A program made the position numbers and the translations under genes. A stretch of DNA of 64,000 nt from an uncultured Methanoregulaceae archaeon (GTDB lineage Archaea > Halobacteriota > Methanomicrobia > Methanomicrobiales > Methanospirillaceae). The stretch is taken from positions 1,920,001-1,984,000 of the forward strand of contig OY970343.1 of NCBI GenBank assembly GCA_963717525.1, in the 5' to 3' direction. Of the stretch, positions 30,878 to 43,104 are shown piece by piece. The notes beneath the pieces are model-generated. The model worked only from the letters and a program-made list of their open reading frames with translations, searched no databases and had not been told where the DNA came from. Every line of letters begins with the position of its first letter. The stretch's first letter is position 1.

Positions 30878-32031
30878 GTAGTGTACCTCCCGTTGATCTC
30901 GACATACTTTTCGGTCAGGTCACAGCCCCAGGCGGTGGCTTCTTCCTTTCCGGCCCCGAGATCGAGCACAAAGATGACCTTGTCCCCGTGCATCGCGGCC
31001 TTGGCCTTTGTCAGATCAGCAATGATCTCGCCGGACTTCACCAGCGGGTACTTGCTGTTCCCGTCACTGATCCAGAGTGAGACAGCGTTCGGGTCAAATT
31101 TTACACCGGCGCGGCCTGCTGCCGCGATGATACGGCCCCAGTTGGGGTCCTCACCATATACTGCGGTCTTGACAAGTGGGGATTCGATAATGACCCGGGC
31201 GACCTTTGCTGCAGCCGCCTCCTTAAGAGCGCCGCGGACCGTGACTTCGAGAAGCTTGCTTGCACCTTCGCCATCGGCTGCGATCTGCTGTGCAAGTGAG
31301 CGACAGCACGCCTCGAGCGCACCGGAGAATTCCCCGGCGTTTACTTTCCCGGCTTCTCCGGTGGCGATACAGAGCGCTATGTCGTTTGTGCTCGTGTCGC
31401 CGTCAACTACGACCCGGTTGAACGTCCGGGTTGTTGCCCGTTTGAGCGCTTCCTTAAGGGGCTTTGCCCCAATCTCTCCATCGGTATAGATGAATGCGAG
31501 CATGGTGCCCATGTTGGGTGCAATCATACCGCTTCCCTTGGCGATCGCTCCTATCGTGAAACCTTCCTTTTGAACAAGCGCGTGCTTGGGCCGGATATCG
31601 GTTGTCATGATCGCACGGACAGTACGATCCTCTGCATCCGGCGCTGAAGTCAGGTTGAGTGCTACATCTGCGCACTGGCGCCGGATCAGGGATAGATCAA
31701 GATACCTGCCGATGACACCGGTACTTGCCACGCCGACCGCAATGCTGTCCACGCCCAGCGCGGAGCCGGCATACTCCGTCATGGTGACCGCATCTTCGTA
31801 CCCTCGTGTGCCGGTGTAGGCATTCGCGCAGCCGCTGTTCGCGATGACCGCGTCCAGTTTTCCTTTTTTTATCTGCTTGCGCATCAGTTCTATCGGTGCG
31901 GCCCGGGCGAGGTTCGCCGTGAACACCCCTGCCGCAGTCCCGCTTGCCCGGATAAGGGCAAGACCGAACTTTCCTTCCTTAACCCCGTTTGCGGTGACTC
32001 CTTTCACCGCACAGAGACTCTTATAGGTCAT
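30874..32031 (-). CDS. argJ: ornithine acetyltransferase / N-acetylglutamate synthase
   Basis: [33 protein letters not shown] and DGEGA. Confidence 0.95.
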   Translation of the reverse strand: MTYKSLCAVKGVTANGVKEGKFGLALIRASGTAAGVFTANLARAAPIELMRKQIKKGKLDAVIANSGCANAYTGTRGYEDAVTMTEYAGSALGVDSIAVGVASTGVIGRYLDLSLIRRQCADVALNLTSAPDAEDRTVRAIMTTDIRPKHALVQKEGFTIGAIAKGSGMIAPNMGTMLAFIYTDGEIGAKPLKEALKRATTRTFNRVVVDGDTSTNDIALCIATGEAGKVNAGEFSGALEACCRSLAQQIAADGEGASKLLEVTVRGALKEAAAAKVARVIIESPLVKTAVYGEDPNWGRIIAAAGRAGVKFDPNAVSLWISDGNSKYPLVKSGEIIADLTKAKAAMHGDKVIFVLDLGAGKEEATAWGCDLTEKYVEINGRYTT

Positions 32032-32076
32032 ATTCGTGATCCCTCCAATGGTTGTCGTGATTGCGTGCCTGTTGTA

Positions 32077-32553
32077 TCAGGCTGAATAGGATGCGCCGAC
32101 TGCCTGTACGATATCGGCACGGGTGAGAATTCCGACCAGCCTTTTCCCGTCAAGCACCGGGAGCCGCGCGATGCCCTCCTTGAGCATGAGGGCGGCGGCG
32201 GCCTCGATATCCATGTCCCCGGTTGCTGTAACCACCCGGTGGGTCATCACTTTTTTTACCGGCAGGTCCCCGATATTGCGCAGGGCGTTCTTGGTCTTCT
32301 CCCAGTTGACATATTCCCGGATCGGTACCTCGATGATCTCAAGGGGGGACGGGAGCCAGAGGTCATCGGAGAGCTTCTGGGTCTCCAGCTGGGCGATGAC
32401 ATCGGATTCCGTGATGATTCCCGCTAGGGTATCGCCCTCCAGCACCGGTAATCCCCCGATGTGGTGTTGGCGCAGGATCGCAACCGCATCACGGAGCGGG
32501 GTATCGACAGTACAGGTTAACGGATTTTTGGTCATGGCTTCTGAAACGAGCAT
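32077..32553 (-). CDS. CBS-domain protein
   Basis: Tandem CBS repeats (LPV..GIITESD and LPV..GILTRAD). Confidence 0.9.
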   Translation of the reverse strand: MLVSEAMTKNPLTCTVDTPLRDAVAILRQHHIGGLPVLEGDTLAGIITESDVIAQLETQKLSDDLWLPSPLEIIEVPIREYVNWEKTKNALRNIGDLPVKKVMTHRVVTATGDMDIEAAAALMLKEGIARLPVLDGKRLVGILTRADIVQAVGASYSA

Positions 32554-32566
32554 GGGGTATCACCTT

Positions 32567-33553
32567 TCAGGGCAGCATCCCTGCTGCGTCAAGACCGTCA
32601 TTCTCCTTGAACCCACACATGATGTTCATGTTCTGGATGGCCTGTCCGCTTGCACCCTTGACGAGGTTGTCGATCGCCGAGACTACTACCACCCTCAGGC
32701 CTTCGCTCTCGACCATGATATCGCAGAAGTTGCTGCCCCGGACTGCAGCGAGCATCGGCTTCTGGTAACGGACGAAAAATTCGCCCTTATAGTAATCCCG
32801 GTAGAGTTTCTCGACCTCTTTTGTCTCCATGGGCTCCTTTAAGAGAATGTGTGCAGTCGTAAGGATGCCACGGTTGACCGGTACGAGGTGGGGGGTGAAG
32901 TAACAGGACGCCGTGGAGCCAAGCGTGGCCAGTTCCTGTTTCATCTCCGCAAGATGGCGGTGGCTGGTCCATTTGTACGGGTTGACATTGTCCCCGACAT
33001 TGGGATAGTGGGTCGTTGCCGAGGGGTTGTCGCCGGCTCCGCTCACCCCCGTCTTCGAGTCAAAGATCACGGTGTGGGCATATTTGGCGAGAGGAGCGGC
33101 GGCTAATGTTGCTCCTGTAGGGAAACATCCGGGATTTGCAACGAATTTTGCGTTGACACAATCCTTCCGGTGCAGCTCGGGAATGCCGTACGGGGCGGGG
33201 AAATAATCCGTGTGGGTGACGCCATACACCTTTTCAAATACGTCTTTTGGAAGGCGATAATCGGCACTCAGGTCAATGACCCTTGTTCCCCGCGAGAGCA
33301 GTTTTCCTGCAATTGTCATCGCCGCTGTATGCGGAACCGCCAGGAAGGCAACGTCCGCATCAATGGCATCGGGCGCCGGGTTCTCGAACCTGAGATCGGA
33401 AAATCCCTTGAGATGGGGATGTACCTCAGAGAGCGGTGTTCCTGCAAGGCTGCGTGATGTGACGCAGGTAACCTCTGCAGAAGAATGGTGGTACAGGAGG
33501 CGGACCAGTTCGCCCCCGGCATACCCGGATGCGCCGACTATCGCAACTTTCAT
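32567..33553 (-). CDS. argC: N-acetyl-gamma-glutamyl-phosphate reductase
   Basis: [22 protein letters not shown] and [11 protein letters not shown]. Confidence 0.96.
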   Translation of the reverse strand: MKVAIVGASGYAGGELVRLLYHHSSAEVTCVTSRSLAGTPLSEVHPHLKGFSDLRFENPAPDAIDADVAFLAVPHTAAMTIAGKLLSRGTRVIDLSADYRLPKDVFEKVYGVTHTDYFPAPYGIPELHRKDCVNAKFVANPGCFPTGATLAAAPLAKYAHTVIFDSKTGVSGAGDNPSATTHYPNVGDNVNPYKWTSHRHLAEMKQELATLGSTASCYFTPHLVPVNRGILTTAHILLKEPMETKEVEKLYRDYYKGEFFVRYQKPMLAAVRGSNFCDIMVESEGLRVVVVSAIDNLVKGASGQAIQNMNIMCGFKENDGLDAAGMLP

Positions 33554-33660
33554 ATATGGATCTTTTTATTCCTGAAAACTTAACCTTTTGCGGGAAAGCC
33601 AGCAAAACGGCGGTTATTTGAAGGCCACAAAAAAGGAGGGCGGTTTTTAGATCTAACAAC

Positions 33661-34572
33661 TCAGCTTTCCAGTTTCCGGGTGTAGATATCAAAGATACGC
33701 TGACCGAGAATCTCGATACGCTGGCGGTCTTCGAGGCCTGCGAGGAGATCGGCAGGGATCGCACCGATACCCTTGCTCGCCCCCAGGTACGCCCCGCAGA
33801 GAAATCCGATCGTGTCGGTGTTCCCGCCGACATGGGCGGCGACGGTCAGGAGATCGGCAGGGCGCTGGTACCTGTTGATCAGGAAAAAGGCAATGGGGAG
33901 CGTCTGGTACAGGGATACGTCGTTGCCGATCTTGAGGATGGCGGTTTCCGTCTCAATGCCCTCTTTTTCCAGCACGATCGCATTATGGATCTTGCCCCCC
34001 AGCACCTCGTCTTCATGCTGGGCCCGGATCAACGCCATCGTGACTGGGTCAGAATTCTCATGGATCGCGTAGTACAGCAGCGTAACGAATATAGAGACCG
34101 CGGCGTGGGCCGCCGGGTGGGTGTGGGTAACCGAGCAGGCCCGAACAGCCCTCTCAATTCCCTCGTGCACATCGGGATAGACAAGGGCAAAGGAGAGTGC
34201 CGCGGGGAGACAGCCGGCGGTTGTTGATTTCACCCCGCAGGAGTGTGCCTGTCCCGCAACCATGTGATCGCAGGCTGCGGAGACCGATCCGTCAGGGAAA
34301 CGAAGCACCTCCCGGGCATAGAGCTCTTTTAAGGCGAGTCCATACCGCTCGTCAGTGTACTTCCCGTCGGCAAGAAGGGTGGCAACGAGGATCATCATCT
34401 GGGTATCATCAGTATACTGGCCGGGGGCCAGACCAGAATTGGGATGCCCCTTGTACGCCTTCCGGAACCCGTACCGCATCTTGGTAAGGCCGGGCATCGT
34501 GCTCTCGTTGGGCATGCCCAGGGCATCACCCACCGCCGCCCCGAGCAAACAGCCCTTTATTCGTTCCAGCAT
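33661..34572 (-). CDS. ADP-ribosylglycohydrolase family protein
   Basis: GAAVGDALG, YTDDT, THTHP and GGNTDT. Confidence 0.9.
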   Translation of the reverse strand: MLERIKGCLLGAAVGDALGMPNESTMPGLTKMRYGFRKAYKGHPNSGLAPGQYTDDTQMMILVATLLADGKYTDERYGLALKELYAREVLRFPDGSVSAACDHMVAGQAHSCGVKSTTAGCLPAALSFALVYPDVHEGIERAVRACSVTHTHPAAHAAVSIFVTLLYYAIHENSDPVTMALIRAQHEDEVLGGKIHNAIVLEKEGIETETAILKIGNDVSLYQTLPIAFFLINRYQRPADLLTVAAHVGGNTDTIGFLCGAYLGASKGIGAIPADLLAGLEDRQRIEILGQRIFDIYTRKLES

Positions 34573-34744
34573 TGATACAGTATTGAAAGAATCCGATAGA
34601 TAATGATTCTTGTATTTTTCTCTTTTTCATGAATTTTCGGGCTCATCATCCGGTGAACAACCGGCCGTACTACAGAACAACATGATTGAATTTATTATCC
34701 GGTGAAACAATTTCCCTGTCGGGGAGGATGCTGTATCGCTAAAA

Positions 34745-34776
34745 TTTATATAGCAATTTAACATGATTAATTATGT
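34745..34776 (+). promoter_or_regulatory. acs promoter: TATA box followed by a near-palindrome
   Basis: TTTATATA at 34745-34752 preceded by an A-rich BRE-like stretch; ACATGATTAATTATGT at 34761-34776. Confidence 0.55.
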
Positions 34777-34794
34777 AGAATTTTTGGGGGAGCA

Positions 34795-36692
34795 ATGAGC
34801 GACAACTTTGATGTCAGGCTCGTGGAGAACGCGAAGTACTACACGCCGGATGCGGATTACAAGCGTTCATCGTGGATAGGAGATTACCAGAACACCTACC
34901 GGCGGTTCCTTGCCGATCCCGATGCATTCTGGGAGACCATCGCAAAGGAACTCAACTGGATCCGCCCCTGGGACCAGGTGTGCGAATGGAAGTATCCTTA
35001 TGCCCGGTGGTTCGTCAATGCACAGCTCAACATCACCGCAAACTGTCTCGATCGCCATGTTGCCGGTGACCACCGCAACAAGGTGGCCCTGATCTGGAGG
35101 GGGGAAGAGGGCAGGGAGCGGGTATACTCCTACCAGCGGCTGCTGGGGGAAGTCATGAGATTTGCAAACGGCCTCAAGAAGCTGGGCGTGAAAAAGGGTG
35201 ACCGTGTCAGCATCTACATGCCCATGGTTCCCGAGCAACTGATTGCTATGCTTGCCTGCGCCCGCATCGGAGCTGTCCACAGTGTTGTCTTTGCCGGTTT
35301 CGGGACCACTGCTCTGAACCTGCGGATCAAGGAGGCAGAAGCAAAAGTGGTGATCACCTCTGACATCTCGATCCGGCGCGGCAAGGCTATCCCTCTGATC
35401 ACCATTGTCAAGGACGCGATAGTCAACGCACCCTCGGTGGAACATGTCGTTATCTACCGGAGGCGCAAAGAGCCCCCGGTCGAGATCCGCCCGGGGCGGG
35501 AACATGATTTCTACGGGATCATGGAGGACGTACCGGCGGACTGCCCCTGCGAGCCGATGGATGCAGAAGACCCGCTCTTCATCCTCTACACCAGTGGTTC
35601 GACGGGTACCCCCAAAGGAGTTGTCCATACCTGCGGGGGCTACATGGTCGGGGCGTATTATACCACGAAAATCGTTTTTGACCTCAAAGAGCGGGACATC
35701 TACTGGTGCACGGCGGACCCCGGCTGGATCACCGGCCACTCCTATATTGTCTATGGCCCGCTTGCCGTTGGTGCTACGGTGTTTATCTCTGAGATCACTC
35801 CTGATTATCCGGACCCGGCAGCTGGTGGAAGCTCATCCAGGAGCAGCAGATCTCGGTGTTCTATACGGCGCCGACTGCGATCCGGACGTTCATGAAAGTC
35901 GGGGAGGAGTGGCCCAACCGGTACAACCTGAACTCCCTCCGCATCATCGGTTCGGTCGGGGAGCCGCTCAATCCCGAAGCCTTCGAATGGTATTACCGGG
36001 TGATCGGGAAGAGCAGGTGCCCGATCGTGGACACCTGGTGGCAGACGGAGACCGGCATGCAGATGATCACGACGATGGTCGGAGAGCCTATGCGGCCCGG
36101 TTTTGTGGGAAAAGCGGTCCCGGGCGTTGAGGTGGATGTCACCGATCGGACCGGAAAACCGGTGCCCCCGGGGACAGGAGGGTTCCTTGTGATCAAGAAG
36201 CCGTGGCCGGCCATGCTGCGCACGGTATACAAGAATGACGAACGGTACCGGCAATACTGGGAGACCATCAACGGGGTGTATGCGGCTGGCGATCTCGCTG
36301 TCAAGGGGAAAGACGGGTACATCATGGTGATCGGCCGGGCGGATGACATCATCATCGTCTCCGGGCACAACATCGGGACGGCGGAGGTGGAGAGCGCGCT
36401 CGTTTCCCATAATGCGGTGGCAGAAGCCGCGGTTATCGGGAAACCCGATGCGATCAAGGGGAACGCGATCAAGGCCTTTGTCATCCTCAGGGTAGGGAAC
36501 AAGCCAAGCGAGAAACTGACCCAGGACCTGATCTACCATGTGCGCATGACGCTCGGTCCCATCGCCGTCCCGCACGAGATCGAATATGTCGACAAACTGC
36601 CCAAGACCCGCAGCGGCAAGATCATGCGCCGGGTATTGAAAGCAAAAGAGCTTGGGATGGATCCCGGGGATGTCTCGACACTCGAAGACTGA
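34795..36692 (+). CDS. acsA: acetyl-CoA synthetase (AMP-forming), frameshifted near 35815
   Basis: [29 protein letters not shown] and [11 protein letters not shown]; halves join by adding one base (GAC CCC GGC AGC TGG). Confidence 0.92.
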
Positions 36693-36764
36693 CGGGGAAG
36701 AATACCGGTAAGAACGATTGAAAACCTGATAGAAGGGAAAAGACCACAACAAGGAAACTCGACC

Positions 36765-37358
36765 ATGCAGAATGAAACACCACAACCGGCAACAAGCGTG
36801 AAAAACCTGGATACTACTGCAAACCCGGCACCCCTCGGCCTGCTCGGGTTTGGGATGACCACCGTGCTCTTAAACCTGCACAATGCAGGTTTCTTTGCTC
36901 TCGGCTCCATGATCCTTGCGATGGGGATCTTCTACGGCGGCCTTGCACAGATCATCGCCGGTATTGAAGAATGGAAAAAAAACAACACGTTCGGGGCAAC
37001 CGCATTCACCTCATACGGGGCGTTCTGGCTGACGCTCGTCGCCCTGCTGGTGCTCCCGAAACTGGGGCTGGCCGATGCACCGGACGCAACCTCAATGGCG
37101 GCTTACCTTGCGATGTGGGGGATCTTCACGCTGGTCATGTTTATCGGGACCATGAAAGCGAACCGCGCCCTCCAGCTGGTGTTTGCAACGCTCGCGATCC
37201 TGTTCTTCCTGCTCGCCATTGGGGAGATCACCGGAAACGGAACTATCACCGTGATCGCCGGATACGTCGGGATCCTCTGCGGGTTCCTCGCGATCTACGC
37301 TGGCCTTGCTCAGGTGCTCAACGAGATGTACAAAAAAACCGTTGCACCGCTCGGGTAA
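36765..37358 (+). CDS. satP: acetate uptake transporter (GPR1/FUN34/SatP family)
   Basis: [11 protein letters not shown] and SYGAFW signatures; six TM helices; follows acsA. Confidence 0.92.
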   Translation: MQNETPQPATSVKNLDTTANPAPLGLLGFGMTTVLLNLHNAGFFALGSMILAMGIFYGGLAQIIAGIEEWKKNNTFGATAFTSYGAFWLTLVALLVLPKLGLADAPDATSMAAYLAMWGIFTLVMFIGTMKANRALQLVFATLAILFFLLAIGEITGNGTITVIAGYVGILCGFLAIYAGLAQVLNEMYKKTVAPLG

Positions 37359-37435
37359 AATCCGCCGTTGCGGGACGCCCAGTCCCTTTTTCTTTTTTAT
37401 ACCCCACTCATGAGTATGGGGAGTTCTCCTGCATG

Positions 37436-38533
37436 TTACTGAGACCGGGAGATCTTCTTCCGCTGGGCGATCCGGTAACCGGAGATTACCTGGATTGATT
37501 CCCCGAACTCCCGGTCGAGTGCCGGGTCCCCGGAATCTACATACAGCGAGGGCGTCTCGCGCAGCTTGTGCGGGGTGGCGACCACAATCAGGTTCTGCAA
37601 TCCCACATTCTTGACCACCGCCGCGCTGATCTGCTGGTTCCCCCGGCCGAGGATAAAACCCTGCGCGCCGATGGGGCTGACGATGATCCTTGTTTCAGGA
37701 TACCTGCCGGCCAGATCGAGAAGGGTTTTTTCGTCCGCATCCGAAGCCACGAGGCTCCCGTCCCTGATCGCATCCACTCCGAGGAGGGTTTTTACAACTC
37801 CCAGCTGCCGGGCAATCGCTTCCGTTGTTGTCCCGGCACCGATAATATAGAGCACGCCGGGGAGCATCACTTCCTGCAGGAAACGGGCGATCTCCTCTTT
37901 TGCCCGGTCCTCATCTGCTTCTTCGAAAACCTGTTTTGCGGCCTGCGTCAGATGGGCACGGGCCGGTACACGGGCAATGCCGGACAGGCGCGTCTCAAGC
38001 GCCCCCTTCCGGTACGCTTCCTCGTCCACGTCCATCACCTCCGCATCCTGAACTCCGTAGGGTCCGGAGACAAGTGCTGCTGCGGCTGACGGGTCGAGCG
38101 CAAATACCGCAGAGTACATCTTTACCCCCGCGGGGATCCCGAGAATCGGGACCGATCGCTGTGTGACTGAATAAACATCCCGTGCGGTACCGTCGCCGCC
38201 GCAGAACAGGATCAGGTCAACACCTTCCTGCAGGAATGCTGCAACCGCCTTTTTTGTATCTTCGGCCGTGCTGGTCCCCTGGTACTGGTAAACTACCTGG
38301 AAATGGGGTATCCCGCATTCACGCAGGGCCGTTGCTCCCATATCCCCGGAACAGGTGATGAAAAGAAGGTCGGTAAGAGAGGAGAGGAGATGCAACGTGA
38401 TCGTTGCCCTTTCCTGTGCCCGGGGCAGGGCGCCGCGGCGGCGTGCCTCGTCCGCGTTCCCGTCAGTTCCCTTGAGACCCACGGACCCGCCCATGCCGGC
38501 AACAGGGTTGATAAGAAAACCAATGCGGCGCAT
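37436..38533 (-). CDS. ATP-NAD kinase family protein
   Basis: NPVAGMGG, GGDGTARD, GIPAGVK and LGRGNQQ. Confidence 0.85.
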   Translation of the reverse strand: MRRIGFLINPVAGMGGSVGLKGTDGNADEARRRGALPRAQERATITLHLLSSLTDLLFITCSGDMGATALRECGIPHFQVVYQYQGTSTAEDTKKAVAAFLQEGVDLILFCGGDGTARDVYSVTQRSVPILGIPAGVKMYSAVFALDPSAAAALVSGPYGVQDAEVMDVDEEAYRKGALETRLSGIARVPARAHLTQAAKQVFEEADEDRAKEEIARFLQEVMLPGVLYIIGAGTTTEAIARQLGVVKTLLGVDAIRDGSLVASDADEKTLLDLAGRYPETRIIVSPIGAQGFILGRGNQQISAAVVKNVGLQNLIVVATPHKLRETPSLYVDSGDPALDREFGESIQVISGYRIAQRKKISRSQ

Positions 38534-38554
38534 AAAAAGGGAGGGGGAAGGAGT

Positions 38555-39913
38555 TCAGGATATTTTCGGGATCCGTCCGATTGCCTGCCGGATCAACTCG
38601 TCCGGGTACTCGTAGTCCACCAGCTCACCGCTGTAGAAGGCATCGTAGGCAGTCATGTCAAAGTTGCCATGGCCTGAGCAGTTGAAAAGGATGGTCTTGT
38701 CCTCGCCGGTCTTTTTGCAGGCAAGCGCCTCGTCAATCGCAGACTTCACGGCATGGGACGTCTCCGGGGCGACGATGATTCCCTCGGTACGGGCAAAGGT
38801 CTGGGCTGCCTCGAACACCTCGCTCTGGTGATAGGCTACCGCCCGCATCACGCCGTCATGGACCAGGCGCGAGACGATCGGCGAATCCCCGTGGTAGCGA
38901 AGTCCGCCAGCGTGCATGGCGGGCGGTACAAAGTCATGGCCGAGGGTGAACATCTTGAGGAGGGGGGTGAGGCCGGCCACGTCGCCGAAGTCGTACGTGT
39001 AGAGGCCTTTGGTGAGCGTTGGGCAGGAGGCGGGCTCGGCGCCGATGATGTCGATGTCCTTGTGCGTTCCCTTCATTTTGTCCCCGGCAAACGGGAACGA
39101 GATGCCGGCAAAGTTGGAGCCGCCACCTACGCACCCGATCACCACGTCCGGGTAGTCGTCGACCATGGCAAGCTGCTCCTTGCATTCGAGCCCGATCACG
39201 GTCTGGTGGAGACAGACGTGGTTCAGGACCGAACCCAGCGCGTAGTTGGTATTGGCATGGGTTGCCGCATCCTCGACTGCTTCGGATATGGCGATACCGA
39301 GTGCCCCCGGCGTTTCAGGGTCCTTTTCCAGGACTGCCCGCCCGGAATTTGTCTTCGTACTGGGGCTGGGGATGCACTCTGCACCCCAGACATGCATCAT
39401 CGATTTCCTGTAAGGTTTCTGGGTGTAGCTGGACCGTACCATGTAGATAGTGCACTCCAGATTGTAGAGCATCGTCGCAAAGGCAAGCGCAGAACCCCAC
39501 TGCCCGGCCCCGGTTTCGGTCGCAATCCGTTCCATCCCGGCCTTCATGTTGTAGTAAGCCTGCGGAATCGAAGTGTTGGTCTTGTGGCTCCCGGCCGGGC
39601 TGACGCCTTCCCACTTGTAGTAGATCTTCGCCGGCGTTTTCAGGAACTTCTCCAGCCGGTGGGCCCGGTACAGGGGGCTCGGCCTCCAGAGCCGCAGCAC
39701 ATCCCTCACCTCTTCCGGGATGTCAACATAACGGTCGGTCGTGACTTCCTGCCGGATCAGTTCCATCGGGAAGATCGCTTTTAAGTCATCCGGGCCGACC
39801 GGCTTGTGGGTGGCGGGATGGAGGGGAGGGTCGAGAGGTGAGGGCAGGTCTGCCTGGACATTATACCATTTCCGGGGGATCTGCTCCTCATCAAGGAGGA
39901 TCTTGGTCTGCAT
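38555..39913 (-). CDS. trpB2: tryptophan synthase beta chain, TrpB2 type
   Basis: GSHKTN PLP-Lys, [14 protein letters not shown] and SGHG; no adjacent trpA. Confidence 0.93.
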   Translation of the reverse strand: MQTKILLDEEQIPRKWYNVQADLPSPLDPPLHPATHKPVGPDDLKAIFPMELIRQEVTTDRYVDIPEEVRDVLRLWRPSPLYRAHRLEKFLKTPAKIYYKWEGVSPAGSHKTNTSIPQAYYNMKAGMERIATETGAGQWGSALAFATMLYNLECTIYMVRSSYTQKPYRKSMMHVWGAECIPSPSTKTNSGRAVLEKDPETPGALGIAISEAVEDAATHANTNYALGSVLNHVCLHQTVIGLECKEQLAMVDDYPDVVIGCVGGGSNFAGISFPFAGDKMKGTHKDIDIIGAEPASCPTLTKGLYTYDFGDVAGLTPLLKMFTLGHDFVPPAMHAGGLRYHGDSPIVSRLVHDGVMRAVAYHQSEVFEAAQTFARTEGIIVAPETSHAVKSAIDEALACKKTGEDKTILFNCSGHGNFDMTAYDAFYSGELVDYEYPDELIRQAIGRIPKIS

Positions 39914-40107
39914 ACCCGGTTATTTTGTTTTGTACTAATATATACATTGTGGAACACTTTTGTTGTTTGGTGCTTTCAAGTATACGTTTTTGTGAGGGCA
40001 GAGCAACAGGGTCCAAACAGGTTCAGATGACCCGGACGGGAAATCCACCCAGACACGTGTATATCCTGAGAGCGGCCGGCTTTCGCTGCATTGTCTTCCC
40101 ACGCTTA

Positions 40108-40959
40108 TCACTCCCGCTTTTTCCTCCGGTGAGGCCGGGGGAAGGAGAATTCCTCCCCATCGATGAGTCGCTTCCAGTTGAACTGGCTGAAGAGTTTCAT
40201 CTGGAGAATTGCTCCCTTATTCCGGGTATTGAGGACCGAAACCGTGCTGGAGAAAAACGGCGGTATCATGAGGAGTTCCTCGTCATCAACGATGAGTTCG
40301 AGCGTATTTTCGACTCTCATCAGTTTATGGATCTCCTCGAATTCCGGGGGAGCACATGATGGTGGGACACCAAATGTTTCCGCAGGGATCACATGGATAT
40401 CCGCGTTCTTTCCCGGGAACTGCACCCGCAGTTTTTTCTCAAGACCCGGCTCATCGGATATCACGATAAGCAGCAGGGAAATATCCTTTATCTGTATATT
40501 TTCAATGAAAGGAAGGTATCGCTCCCCGATCATGCACCGGATGTGGCTTTTTGCCTTCCCGAAAAGGTCGCGAATCTTATACTCGATGCTCTTATCGCCA
40601 TAGATGGTCCAGAGCGCCTCCTCTTTCTCGGTTTGCACCTTCTCTTTTTCCAGTTTTTCCAGTGCCACCCGTGCCAGATCGGCTGCCTTCTGATGGTTAC
40701 CCATGAGCAGGTCAATGGCCATCTGAGGGGAAACCGCGCTGTACCGCGCCGGTTTTGAGACCCTTTTTACGGCCAGCCCCATTTCCGCCAGATGGTCCAG
40801 TGCCTCGTACACGCTCGGCTTCGAGATGGAGAGAAACTCTACGAGATCTTTTGCGTCTGCGTTGTCGTACAGGACCAGGGCTGCGTACACATTCGCTTCA
40901 TAGGTTGAAAGCCCGAGCTCGTTAAGTGATTTTATGAGAGGAGCCGGAATGCTTTCCAT
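40108..40959 (-). CDS. TrmB family transcriptional regulator
   Basis: LGLSTYEANVY, HTH SISKPSVYEAL and PARYSAVSP. Confidence 0.9.
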   Translation of the reverse strand: MESIPAPLIKSLNELGLSTYEANVYAALVLYDNADAKDLVEFLSISKPSVYEALDHLAEMGLAVKRVSKPARYSAVSPQMAIDLLMGNHQKAADLARVALEKLEKEKVQTEKEEALWTIYGDKSIEYKIRDLFGKAKSHIRCMIGERYLPFIENIQIKDISLLLIVISDEPGLEKKLRVQFPGKNADIHVIPAETFGVPPSCAPPEFEEIHKLMRVENTLELIVDDEELLMIPPFFSSTVSVLNTRNKGAILQMKLFSQFNWKRLIDGEEFSFPRPHRRKKRE

Positions 40960-40979
40960 AGAGCAATAGTGCTCATTGA

Positions 40980-40999
40980 GTTGTTAAAAATTTTACTAC
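40980..40999. promoter_or_regulatory. candidate TrmB operator (imperfect copy)
   Basis: GTTGTTAA-N4-TTTACTAC, 20 bp upstream of the trmB start. Confidence 0.55.
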
Positions 41000-41119
41000 T
41001 TTGCCGGATTTTCACCAACCCCCCCTTCTGCATAGGAGATCATGTCAGGGAGGCCGTCTGGTGCAAAGTTTACTTTACCAAATACCTTTTTAGGCCCCGG
41101 GTAAATACTTAGTAAAAAA

Positions 41120-41139
41120 GTAGTAAAAAAATTTACTAC
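41120..41139. promoter_or_regulatory. candidate TrmB operator (perfect inverted repeat)
   Basis: GTAGTAAA-N4-TTTACTAC, 17 bp upstream of the ABC operon start. Confidence 0.65.
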
Positions 41140-41156
41140 AAGATTGAGGAAATGCA

Positions 41157-42419
41157 ATGGTCAGAATGACATATCCCCCGGCATATCCGGATACCTTGGA
41201 TTTTATCGCAGGCCACAGACCGGCTCATTCAGGAAAGAGGAATAAACGTTCTCCCTGCCGCTTTGGTCCCACCTGTGTGGTGCTCCTGTTCCTTATTACA
41301 GCCATAGGATTTCTGGTTCTTCCTGCAAGTGCTGACGCCATAACCGATGCTGTTCAGGTTGCAAACAACGTATACGTATCAAACTATACGATAGATCCGG
41401 CGGTCCTCTTTACCGGGGATACCGCCACGGCAACGTTTTACGTCACCAACGGGAATGCGAACCAGAGCGTCATGGTCAACCATGCGACCTTTGGTGACAA
41501 CGATATCCTTCTCACCAGCGGCACGTATGATACCAATGTCAATATTGGGCCTCTCCAGACCCGGTCGTTCGTTTTCTCCATCGGGACCCAGAGATCTGCG
41601 GGCACCTATTATCCATCCTTCTCTATGAGCTTTGTCGCGGGCAACGGCATGTATTCCCGGACTCCGGTCAAAGTGGACAATACACCCCTTGTTATGACCA
41701 TTGCCAATAAGCCGGATGCATTCACCCAGGGGGTAAAGGAACCAATAAGTGTACAGGTCTCCAACCCCCGGAACAACGACGTAAAAAATGTCATCTTTCA
41801 AGCTACCGGTGATGATGCCACCCTTATGCCTTCTCAGACATACATCGGGTATCTGGCTGCCGGAACCAGTACACTGGTCAATTTTACCGTTACACCGGAC
41901 TCCCCCACTACCCTCTTTCTGAATGTTGATTACGGTAACGGGGATAATGACCATACTATCAACACGACCCTGCCGATCCTGTTTACGACTGACAAGATGC
42001 AGGCTGACCCGGTGATGAGCAATATTGTTATCGCACTCAACAACGGGACATACGATGTCACCGGAGACGTAACCAATGCCGGTCTCTCGAATGCGAATGG
42101 TGTCACGGTCACATCAGGTTCTCCGGCCATGCCGCAGGATCCGCAAAAGAATTATGTTATAGGGACGCTCAAACCTGACGACTTCGGCAGTTTTGAGGTC
42201 ACCTTCACTTCCCCGGACAGCACGACGAGTGTTCCCCTCCAGTTAACCTACAAAGACAATGATGGAAATATCATCACCTCCATCCAGAATATCGATCTGA
42301 CGCAGGCTAAAACCCAGACGGGCTCACAGCCGAGCATGGTCCCGTCATTAGTCATCGTCATTATCATTGTGCTTGGTGCAGGCGGGTATCTCTACACGAA
42401 GAAGCGGAAAAACCAGTAA
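41157..42419 (+). CDS. S-layer-like / CARDB Ig-fold surface protein (COG1361-like)
   Basis: Signal peptide, T/N/V-rich Ig-like repeats, IGTLKPDDFGSFEVTF, C-terminal TM helix with basic tail. Confidence 0.82.
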   Translation: MVRMTYPPAYPDTLDFIAGHRPAHSGKRNKRSPCRFGPTCVVLLFLITAIGFLVLPASADAITDAVQVANNVYVSNYTIDPAVLFTGDTATATFYVTNGNANQSVMVNHATFGDNDILLTSGTYDTNVNIGPLQTRSFVFSIGTQRSAGTYYPSFSMSFVAGNGMYSRTPVKVDNTPLVMTIANKPDAFTQGVKEPISVQVSNPRNNDVKNVIFQATGDDATLMPSQTYIGYLAAGTSTLVNFTVTPDSPTTLFLNVDYGNGDNDHTINTTLPILFTTDKMQADPVMSNIVIALNNGTYDVTGDVTNAGLSNANGVTVTSGSPAMPQDPQKNYVIGTLKPDDFGSFEVTFTSPDSTTSVPLQLTYKDNDGNIITSIQNIDLTQAKTQTGSQPSMVPSLVIVIIIVLGAGGYLYTKKRKNQ

Positions 42420-42432
42420 AGGATGGGGCCTC

Positions 42433-43104
42433 ATGCTGCCGGTCATCCAGTTTTCCGATGTGAGTAAAATCTATCCGCTCAAGGCGGGAGATGTGACAGC
42501 CCTTAGTCACATCTCATTTGAAGTGGACCGCGGGGAGTTTATTTCCATCATGGGGCCTTCAGGTTCCGGCAAGTCAACGCTTTTGAACCTTATGGGCTGC
42601 CTTGACACACCGACCACCGGGGATATCTTCATGAGCGGGATCGGCGTGCGTGATATGAGCGATGTCGAACTCACAAACCTGCGACGGGATCGCATAGGGT
42701 TCATCTTCCAGTACTTCAACCTCTTCCCGCTGTTAAACATCATCGAGAATGTCAGTTTCCCCCAGATGCTCAAATCACAGGCAAGCGTTGATTCGAAAAA
42801 AGCCATCGAAGTACTTCGTGCCGTCCAGCTCGAAGAACATCTCTACACCCATACACCGCTCGAGCTCTCGGGAGGCCAGCAGCAGAGGGTTGCTGTTGCA
42901 CGGGCACTCATCAATGATCCCGACATCCTGCTGTGCGATGAACCGACAGGAAATCTCGATTCAAAGACCGGCGCGAGTATCCTGGAACTCATGACGGAGC
43001 TGAACAGGAAAGGCTCGACCATCATCGTGGTGACTCATGACCCCCACGTCGCCAGTTACACGAACCGGACGATCCGGATCGTGGACGGGAGAATTGAAGA
43101 ATGA
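42433..43104 (+). CDS. ABC transporter ATP-binding protein (LolD/MacB type)
   Basis: [27 protein letters not shown] and VTHD. Confidence 0.95.
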   Translation: MLPVIQFSDVSKIYPLKAGDVTALSHISFEVDRGEFISIMGPSGSGKSTLLNLMGCLDTPTTGDIFMSGIGVRDMSDVELTNLRRDRIGFIFQYFNLFPLLNIIENVSFPQMLKSQASVDSKKAIEVLRAVQLEEHLYTHTPLELSGGQQQRVAVARALINDPDILLCDEPTGNLDSKTGASILELMTELNRKGSTIIVVTHDPHVASYTNRTIRIVDGRIEE

